From: Zygnema circumcarinatum SAG 698-1b | Lineage: Eukaryota > Plantae > Zygnematophyceae | Length of the DNA: 64,000 nt | NCBI GenBank assembly: GCA_037447605.1 | Contig: CM074820.1 | Span: 2,237,779 to 2,301,778, forward strand | Direction of reading: 5' to 3' | Part shown: piece by piece, positions 54,701 to 64,000 of the stretch | Numbering within the stretch: the stretch's first letter is position 1 | How the letters are laid out: each line of letters begins with the position of its first letter | The notes under the pieces: model-generated | What the model saw: only the letters and a program-made list of their open reading frames with translations | Database searches by the model: none | Told to the model about the DNA's origin: nothing | Program-made: the position numbers and the translations under genes

Positions 54701-57266
54701 GTGAAATGACTCCTCTCCACTCCTCGAAAAGGGTCTCCGATGCGCCTTCCCCTCTACACACTCTTTGCAAAAGCCTAGCTCCTTCTCAACTACGTCAACG
54801 TCTAACCCGCGGACCAGCCCCTTTGCAGCAAGCTGTTGCAGTCCCCTATGGTTTAGATGACCAAGTCTACGATGCCAAAGATTTACTGCACCCTCAGTTA
54901 CAGCCATCACACCCTCATCTTCTTCTCTCACATAATGAAGGTATCACAGGCCTCCTTCTCATACCCCTCAAACAGCCGCTTCCCCGACTCCAAGTGAGTA
55001 GCTACGCAAGACTTCTCCTTAAAGGTGACTTCGTACCCCCTCTTACATACTTGACTGACTGACATGAAGTTCTGTTTCAGATCAGGGGTGTGAAGTACGT
55101 CACCGATGCACAACCGCTCTTCTCTTTCTTCTTCGTAGATGATAGAGCCGTCTCCGAGGATCATCTTTACTACACCTCCTTTTGTAGCTGTCACTCCTCT
55201 CGGTTGCAGTGAGCAGTCTGGGTCCTCTCAAGGTGTCGGCGTAGAGAACATTAAACTGTGCGCCACACGTATGCGTGGAGGCGCCCGAGTCGTCGACCAT
55301 GGCCGCCGGATCCGTAACCTGGATCTTCCCAACAAAATCAGAATGTTCAGTCAGCATGAGATTCGTCTCCACCGCCACTCTGCAATCTGTGCTCTTGTGG
55401 CCTCGCTTCTTGCATTTAAAGCAGATTCCCTTGAATCCCTTCTTGACGGATGACGATGCTCCTCCACCCCGATCTTGGGTGTTCTTGTTCTTGTAACAGT
55501 TGGCCGAGAAGTGGCCCGTTTTGCCGCACGTGTAACATGCTCCCGCAGGGCGTTCCCCTTGGTCTGCCCTCGGTGCACCTCCTCTTCGAGCTTGACGTGA
55601 GTGCAGCGCCAACACCTTCTCCTTGGTGCCTCCAACGTCTTGGACAGTGTTCTCCTCCTTGATCCTCCGTTTCACTTGCTCAAGGGTCATCACGGTGTTC
55701 GTTAGAACAGTCCTAAGAGCTCCAACTGCTACATCAAATCGGCCAGGTAGTCCCCCTAGAAACTGGCTGATTTTATGGTCTCCCTCTAACGGTTTTTGCA
55801 GCGCTATAAATCTCTCCATTAGAGTATCAAATCTGACCATATATTCACTCAGCTTCTCTTCCGAGGACATCTTCATTTTCCCAAGCTGCGTGTAAAGGCT
55901 AACTATCGTTACATTATCCTTTACGTCATACATCTCCTCTAAGCATCTCCACATAGCATGTGAAGTCTTAAGGTCATACAGCATGGAAGAGGGACTTCCC
56001 CTCACGCTCATGACGATCTGGGTGAGGGCCTTGTTGTCCTTGGTCCTCCATCTGGCGAGGCAATGTGAACTCCATTGCCGCTCCGTGGCTCCCTCGGCTG
56101 CGGTGCCTTGATGGTGCGTCAACGTACTAGCGGCCCTTGCACCCACGAGCAAGGAACTAGCCGCCATCTCCACCTTGTAGTCCGAACCATCGAACGCTGG
56201 GATGCTGAACTTCACGTGGTCTTCCTCGCCACCTTGGGCTCTGATACCACTTGTTGAAGCAGGGGTTTGCTCCCCACTTCCGGCGCCACCTTGGGTGTCG
56301 CCCTCCATTGGAACTTGAGTTCCCACGGATGAAGACATTCAAACACTCAAAGCTCTATCTTACTTCACTCATCGCCCACTAACAAGAATGAAACAAGACA
56401 AGCCGCGGCCGGAAATCACGATGAGAGAGTGTTAGGAGAGAAAGCTCACGGCTCTAAAAACTCCTTACTATAATAAAAGCTGTCTTCCCACAATGAGAGT
56501 TCTCCCACTTCTTCAAGGTCCCTCTCACTCACTACCTCCACGACCTGAAGTGTAGGCAGCTAGCGGCCTGGCGAGGCCGCAGAGGCAAGACCCGAGACTA
56601 TGACAAAGTAGTGTGGGTGGGACACTTCCCATAATAAACTATACCTTTATATAATATGGCGTCCGTGGCTATTGACACACATAACCGCGTCGCGTCATAA
56701 ATGCAAACCATGCAGTGCGAGTGGGCACTACGGGGAATAGCTGACCGGCTAGGCGCCTGCGTAAACCTCACGGCGTAGCCGACCTAGTTCTTAATGCGTA
56801 CCATTGTCCGTGCAGTATAAGCCATTGCGCCCGGCGCTCCTTCCCGGTCTTAAGCCCTTGAGCACCTCGGCCGTACACTCGAACTTCAGCGGACCCACAT
56901 TGCGAGTGGTCCACGTCGTATTCAGGTTCGCCGAATATCTTCTATATTACCGTTTCAGCCTTAACTTTCGCGCTCAGCGTTCAGCGCCCGCGCGCGTTTC
57001 AATCAAAGTGCGGCGTCCGTGCCAGCGAATCAGCGGCGGCGCTCGGTAATCAAAGTTGCTGGCGTCCAGTTCTCGGCGCGTAATGTGTGGCCGTCAATCA
57101 GCGCCTTCGTTATTCCTCCGGCGCGCTTTCAGCGCACTCTTTGAGTTAGAGCACCGACATTTCGTCTAAGAGCACTACTGCGCGGATCTCATGTTCACCA
57201 CAAGCGGAGTACCCGCAACAAATTGAGTGTGGTACCCATACAATGTCTAACTATCATACACTAACA
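51742..57266 (-). mobile_element. Ty1/copia family A element (5' LTR 56252-~57266, PBS, gag-PR ORF 55100-56338, INT, RT, RNase H); 3' end missing or joined to a gag fragment at 51742-51935
   Basis: PBS tggtatcagagc at 56238-56249; gag with UBN2-like region and two CCHC knuckles; protease DSGAS; INT LVHTDLCGP; RNase H SSTEGEY...ADMLTK. Confidence 0.88.
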
Positions 57267-57269
57267 CCA

Positions 57270-60200
57270 ATGTAGCCTTCCACTAACACGAATGCATTTG
57301 TGCCGCGACTATCCGTGCAAGATGCCGCAGGCCGCTACTCAAAGGGTTCTCATACATTCAGCCTTCCGGCCGAGCAACCCAATCGGCAAATAAAACCTTT
57401 GGAGGAACTCGCATCAACAAGGTCACGCTTGTGACAGTGGTCTCTGGGTTGAGAGGAACGCCGGGCTGGCGGTGGTCGCTGACCGCCGGTGACTGGCTGC
57501 CCCTCTAAATAGCACCGCCATGTCCTCGGGAGCGTGGACCAATCGCAGCGCCTCGCTCTCATGCGTAATAGTTGGCGCCAACGGATTCATTTTATGCTTT
57601 CATACTAAAGGTGTCAATGGAGAGATTTATACGCCGCAAAAACCGGGTAGAGGGAGATCATAAAATCAGCCGCTTCTAGGGGATCGTCTCGGCCGATTTG
57701 ATGCAAGAAGGTAGCCTTAGGATCAAGTTTCTAACGAATACCGTGATGGCCCTGAGCAAGGGAACGGAGGATCAAGGGTGAGAACACTGCCCAAGACGTT
57801 GAGGCACCGAGGAGAAGGTGTTACGCCGCGACTACCTACAAGTTCAAGAGGAGGTGCGCCGAGAGCGCATCATGGGGAACACTATGAGCGCAGTTACACG
57901 GCGCAAGACGGGCCACGCCGCATCGTTACAAGAACAAGAACACCTAAGATCGGGTGGAGGAGCATCGCCATCCGCCAAGAAGCGGATTCAAGGGAATCTC
58001 GCTTAATGCAAGAAGCGAAAAGGCCACAAGAGCACAGACAGGTGAGTATGGTGGAGACTAATCTCATGCCGATCAACATTCCGATTTTGCTGGGAAGATC
58101 CGTGCTACTTGACCAAGCGCCATGGTCGACGACTCGCGCTTCCACGCGACATGTGGCGACAAGCCAATGTTCTACGCCGACACCTTGAGTAGGGACTGTG
58201 ATTCGCTCACTTCAAGAAATCGGAGAGGGAGTGACAGCTACAAAAGGAGGTAGTAAAAGATGATCCTGAGACGCTCTATCATCTGCTACTTAAGAAGAAA
58301 GAGAAGAGCGTTGTGCATCGGTGACGTAATTCATACTCCTGACATGAAACAGAACTTCATGTCTGTTAGTCAAGTATGTAAGAGGGGGTACGAAGTCACC
58401 TTTAAGGAGAAGTCTTGTGTAGCTACTCACCTAGAGTCGGGGAAGCGGCTGTTTGAGGGGTATGAGAAGGGAGGCCTGTATTACCTTCATTATAGGAGAG
58501 AAGAAGATGAGGGTGTGATGGCTGTAACTGAGGGTGCAGTAAATCTTTGGCATCGTAGACTTGGTCATCTAAACCATAGGGGACTGCAACAGCTTGCTGC
58601 AAAGGGGCTGGTCCGCGGGTTAGACGTTGACGTAGTTGAGAAGGAGCTAGGCTTTTGCAAAGAGTGTGTAGAGGGGAAAGCGCACAGGAGACCTTTCTCG
58701 AGGAGTGGAGAGGAGTCATTTCACGCGCAAGAGAAACTGGAATTGGTTCATACCGATTTGTGTGGACCCGTGACACCGGCAACGAGTGGAGGAGCTCGCT
58801 ACTTCATCACCTTCCTCGACGATTTTTCGAGGAAAATTTGGGTGAAAATTTCAGTACAAATCAAGCTGAGCGCTCGTAGATTGGCGTAATCAGACATGAG
58901 CGAGATGTCAGAACTCAAGACGCCAAGGCTGACAACGGAGGGGAATTCAAGTCAAGGAGTTCGGGCGGGTACTTGAAGGCTCATGAATAAGGCATAATTT
59001 TCTGCCTCTACTCCCCAAAGTAATGAGCCGCCGAGAGGGTCAATAGACGCCGTGACATGGCACCCACCATGCCGAGCAGATTCCCCTTCCGCATCCTTTG
59101 GGGAGAGAGGCGGTGATGACCGCAACCTTACCTTAGCCAGATGCCCATCTTCCAGGCTTAAAGATCAGGTTCCTCAAGAGGTGTGGAGTGGGAGGGAAAC
59201 CCACGGTGTCCCACCAAGACCTTTTGAGCGCGTCAGCCGGGTCGACAAGGCCAAGGCGGAAAGTGCGGTGAAGAGAAAGTTCACCCACGCAGCCGTGAAG
59301 GGTACCTTCGGCTACAACATGGACAGTCGCACCTACCGGGTGTGGAATCCTCGAGCAAACGAAGTGCAGAGCTCGAGAGACGTTACGGTGGACGAGAAGG
59401 GGGCGGTGACTCGGCTAGGTGAGACCCGCACCCCAAAGGCAGGTTTGGAAATTGTGTACGAGGATGTGAGACCAAGAAGGCATGGACGCCTCCTCGTGTC
59501 CCAAGCCGAGGAGATCAAGACGCCTCGAGAGCTTGGTGGGAGTCGGTTTAAGCAACGCCAACGTGGAGGCGGCCGTGGGAGTTGAACCCGAGGAGCCGCA
59601 AGCGGGGGAGCCGCAACCTTCGACGGGGACGGCGCGACTACACACTCACCTGTCCGACCAGGAGAACTCGGCCGAAACCGTACCATTGCATGGGCAGGAG
59701 TCTGAGGATTTGGAGACGGCTGAGAAAGAGGCTATGTTGTCGAGCATGCCTCTCGGGTTTGTCCCGGGGATTTTCTTCAACACGAGGAGCCGGAGAGCGC
59801 AAGGACCTCGGAGGAGCACCCGTGTGGTGAGGAGGCCTGATCACTACAGCCTCGCAGACAACCTAGTACAGAAAGAGTGCCTACGCATCGCCGACTCCGC
59901 TGAGCCTAATCGCTTATGATCACCTAACCGCTAAACCTTGAGGAAGCCGCCATCTACTCAGGTCGGCGGAGAGAAGTGGCAGCGTTAACTCCATACGAAA
60001 GTGGACAGTTTTGTCGAGAACGTACATGGCGACTTGAGGAGCTGCCGAGGGGAAGGAGGGCCATTGATGCAAGTGGGTGTTCAAGGTGGTTTTGGGCGGA
60101 TCGAGTGTCGACCGAGCATAAAGCGCGTTGGTGGCGGCGGGTTTCACCAGTACGGAATCGACTACACGGACCTGCCCTCGGTAGAAGTTCCAACTCTCCG

Positions 60201-60829
60201 CGTTCTAATATCGACGGGTAGCTACCGAGGGGATGCACGTGACATCGCAACCGGAGCATCAAGACTGTTTTCAGACGGGAGATCTCACTGGTGAGATCTA
60301 CATGGTACAATTTCAAAGGAAAGTTGTCCCGCGTGAGCATCTCGTTTGTCGTCTTGTGAAAAGTCTGTACGGACTGAAACAGGCGCCCAGGATTTGGTAC
60401 GAGAAAATTGATGACCTCTTGAGGAGTAACGGATTTGCGCGATTCGAGACGGATCATTCCGTCTACCGACAAGGGGAAGAGGCGGATCTCATGTACGTTG
60501 GGATCTACGTGGACGACCTCATAATGGTGAGCCTCTCATTGGAGAGAATCAATGATTTGAAACAGCTTTTGGAAGCTAACTTCAAAATGTCGGATCTAGG
60601 GGAGGCGCAGTATCTCCTAGGAATGCAGTTGAAGAGGGGGCAGGACGGTAGCTTATTTCTTTGTCAGAAGAAGTACGCCGCAGATATACTTGCCAGGTTC
60701 AAAATGGAGGAGTGCCGTCCTTGTTCGAGTCCGATGGAGATCGGAATGCGATTGTCGAGAGATATGATGCCGGCGACAGATGCGGAGGTACAGAGAATGT
60801 ACGGAGTGCCGTACAGATCGGCAATCGGG
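57270..60829 (+). mobile_element. Partial Ty1/copia family A internal region in + orientation (gag remnant, INT, RT)
   Basis: ORF 58260-58889 WHRRLGHLN...LELVHTDLCGP...FLDDFSR; ORF 60233-60829 LYGLKQ...YVDD. The left part is very noisy. Confidence 0.85.
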
Positions 60830-60839
60830 NNNNNNNNNN

Positions 60840-62420
60840 CGACGGAGTCGATGGCAATAAGTGGCGGGTTGCGATTGATAGCAAATGGGACAGCCTGATC
60901 GAGAACGGCACGTGGAGATTGGAGGAGCTGCCTCAAGGGAGGCGAGCTATCGGCTGCAAATGGGTCTTCAAAGTCAAAAGGAAGGCAGACAGAAGCGTGG
61001 ATAGGTACAAGGCGCGATTAGTGGCGAAAGGATACGGCCAGCAGTATGGGATTGACTACATGGAGACGTTCGCTCCAGTGGTAAAGTTCAATTCCGTGAG
61101 AGCCTTGATTTCCATTGCAGCGGCTGAAGGAATGCACGTTCATCAATTGGACATCAAGACGGCATTTCTGTATGGTGATCTCACGGAAGAGATTTACATG
61201 GAGCAGCTGGAGGGGAAGGTCGTCCCCGGGAAGGAGCACCTAGTCTGTCGACTAGTGAAGAGCCTGTATGGCTTGAAGCAGGCGCCGAGAGTGTGGTACG
61301 AAAAGATTGACGATCTTTTGAGGAGGAATGACTTTGCTCGGTTTGAGACAGATCATTCAGTGTACCGTGAAGGAGAGGGGGCAGACATCATGTTCGTAGG
61401 GATCTATGTCGACGATCTCATCATGGTGAGCCTCTCCCTTGAAAGAATCAGATCTTTGAAGGAATTGCTACAGGCAAATTTCAAAATGTCAGATCTGGGA
61501 GAGGCGCAGTATCTGCTGGGAATGCAGCTGAAGAGGGGGCAGGATGGAAGCTTGTTTCTATGTCAAAGGAAGTATGCTTCAGATGTGCTTGCCCGNNNNN
61601 NNNNNCGGACGCGGCCGCGGAGCGAATTGAAGAATTGGCGCGACGCGCGAATCTGCGCGCGAATCGGAAGTGACGCGGCGCGGCGTCAACCTTTGGATTG
61701 GACGATTCGGACTTGACACGATGCAACGTCAAAATGTCGGCGCGCGATTCATCATTGTACGGAGCGGCGTCAAATGTCGGTGGCGTGCGACGACGCGGAG
61801 TTTGACGCGTCATCTATCTTGGAGGCGCGGTCAGATCCTACGGCGCAAGACGTGGATTAGCTTAGAGGCCGAGTCGGATCTGACGGAGGAAACGTACGGG
61901 ATCCGTGTGAGCCGACGAGGATCCGACGGCGCAGGATTAGGATCGGGATAGGGCCCTTGCGGGCCACTAGCCGGAGTTGTGAGCTTCGTAGCATGGTAGT
62001 GTCACGAATGTTGTGACAAAGTATATAGTGTGTTGTTTTTGTATGGTTGTTATCTTAACTTCTGGATCACCAGCGTAGCTATTGTAGACTCTGAGAAGCT
62101 GTTGCTCGTGTTAATTAACACTACACTTGCTTGTGCTGCGAGGTAGTGGGCTTTTGAGTTTATTGGGCTAGTTGAGAGAGGGTCTCTCAATTGTGGTGTT
62201 AAGATCATTATTAAGGAGTTTTAGAGCCGAGAGCTTTCTCCTATCCTTTTCTCTCTGTTATTCCGCTGTGCATATTCTGTGAGGTTCACTCTGTGAGTAA
62301 AATGGGCTATGAGTGAATGTGAGAGTTTGGGAAATGTCATCATCGATTGGAACGCGAACTCCGATGGAAGGTGATGCGAGTGGAGAAGCCGGCAGCAGTG
62401 GAGGAGTCCCTCCACCAACA
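60840..62420 (+). mobile_element. Ty1/copia family B: RT fragment (60840-61595) and 3' LTR (~61606-62420) joined directly to the satellite
   Basis: RT resembles that at 41283-42530. The LTR ends ...ggagtccctccaccaaca, immediately followed by satellite aaaagtaaaagac. Confidence 0.85.
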
Positions 62421-63260
62421 AAAAGTAAAAGACAAAAAAGTTATATATAACGGAGTGGACGTGTATAAGAACGCAACCTATTGCACGTGTCACAAAAACG
62501 TCCATATCTGAATAAAGAGAACGCCAAATTGACTCAAACGTTTTATGCGTACCGCGGACAAACTGTAGCGTGACGCCGAGAAATTTCGGTGCAAAAAAGT
62601 AAAAGACAAAAAAATTATATATAACGGAGTGGACTTGTATAGGAACGCAACCTATTGCACGTATCACAAAAACGTCCATATTTGAATAGGGAGAACGCCA
62701 AATTGACTCAAATTTTTTGTGCATACGGCGGATTCACTATAGAGAAACGCAGAGAAATTTTGGTGCACAAAACTGAAAGACAAAAACGTTATATATAACG
62801 GAGTGAACGTGTGTAGGAATGCAATCTATTGCACGTGTCAAAAAAACGTCCATATTTGAATACGGAGAACGCCAAATGGACTCAAACTTTTTGTGCATAC
62901 GGCGGACACACACTAGACACACGCGGAGAAATTTCGGTGCACAAAACTAAAAGACAAAAACGTTATATATAACGGAGTGGACGTGTGTAGGAATGCAACC
63001 TATTGCACGTGTCAAAAAAACGTCCATATTTGAATAGGGAGAACGCCAAATTGACTAAAACTTTTTGTGCATACGGCGGACACACAGTAGAGTGACGTTG
63101 AGAAATTTCCGTGCATAAAACTAAAAGACAAAAAAGTTCTATATAACGGAGTGGACGTGTATACGAACGCAACCTATTGCACGTGTCACAAAAACGTCCA
63201 TATCTGAATAGGGAAAACGCCAAATTGACTCAAACTTTTTGTGCGTACGGCGGACACACT
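62421..63260 (+). repeat. Second block of the 174-bp satellite, ~4.8 monomers, same orientation as the first block
   Basis: Same monomer, with extra variants (gtgcacaaaact, aggaatgcaa, gtcaaaaaaacg, atatttgaat). Confidence 0.97.
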
Positions 63261-63293
63261 TGTTGAAGCAGGGGTCTGCTCCCCACTTCCGGC
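63261..63293 (-). mobile_element. 33-bp 3' terminus of a family A LTR joined to the satellite
   Basis: tgttgaagcaggggtctgctccccacttccggc matches the A-LTR ends at 38462 and 56252. Confidence 0.85.
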
Positions 63294-64000
63294 TGTTGGT
63301 GGAGGGACTCCTCCACTGCTGCCGGCTTCTCCACTCGCATCACCTTCCATCGGAGTTCGCGTTCCAATCGATGATGACATTTCCCAAACTCTCACATTCA
63401 CTCATAGCCCATTTTACTCACAGAGTGAACCTCACAGAATATGCACAGCGGAATAACAGAGAGAAAAGGATAGGAGAAAGCTCTCGGCTCTAAAACTCCT
63501 TAATAATAATCTTATCAACACAAAATGAGAGACCCCCTCTCAAATAGCCCAATAAACTCAAAAGCCCACTACCTCGCAGCACAAGCAAGTGTAATGTTCA
63601 GCAACACGAGCATCAGCTTCTCAGAGTATACAATATCTACTTTGATAATCAGAAGTTAAAGATTAACAACCAAACAAAACAACACACTATATACTATGTC
63701 ACAACATCCGTGACACTACCATACAACGGCTCCCAACATCGCTAGCGGCCCGCTAAGGGCCCTATCCTCATCTCATCCTGCTGCCGATCCTCGCCGCTCA
63801 CACGGATCCCGTGACGCTTCCTCCGCCACGCCCGCCACTCGGCCTTCTGTTAATCCACGCCTTGCGCCAGGATCCACCTCGCCCAAGATTGATGAGACGC
63901 CATTAAAACTCCGCCGCCGCGACGCCACCCCACATTCACGCCTGCATAATGATGCCAGAATCGCTAAGGCCGACATTTTGACGCCGCGATCGCGCCAAGT
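63294..64000 (-). mobile_element. Family B LTR inserted into the family A LTR, running off the window
   Basis: Starts tgttggtggagggactcc; the first ~200 bp are the exact reverse complement of 62221-62420. Confidence 0.9.

Noticed and set aside
43000-60300. Frameshifts and stops suggesting old, decayed retroelements
   Set aside because: Error density switches abruptly between clean and indel-rich stretches of the same element, as expected for gap-filling with unpolished long reads. It cannot be used for age or pseudogene calls.

Overview
Eukaryotic nuclear DNA, most likely from a green plant lineage (inferred: streptophyte alga-like, from intron-rich, GC-rich, microsatellite-laden genes of plant type). 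The first ~36 kb is gene-dense with four spliced genes: an At3g59780/CAS-like rhodanese protein (-), cytosolic HSP90 (-, with heat-shock elements upstream), xylulokinase (-) and a SABRE/KIP (BLTP2/FMP27) giant lipid-transfer protein (+). The last two share a ~770 bp divergent promoter containing a ~300 bp (CTCGAA)n tract. About 570 bp after the SABRE ORF the sequence switches abruptly to a 174-bp tandem satellite. The satellite starts with one diverged inverted monomer, shows a trimeric higher-order pattern and internal dyad symmetries, and reappears at 62.4-63.3 kb. Between and after the satellite blocks lies a ~24 kb nest of related Ty1/copia LTR retrotransposons (LTR types A and B, plus a third LTR type C). 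Three LTR ends join the satellite directly within one ~35 bp window of the monomer. The best candidate for an undescribed system is a centromere-like (or subtelomeric) satellite with its own satellite-targeting copia family. Caveat: the retroelement zone has many N-gaps, one duplicated contig and long-read-like indel noise, so element boundaries and frameshifts there are provisional.
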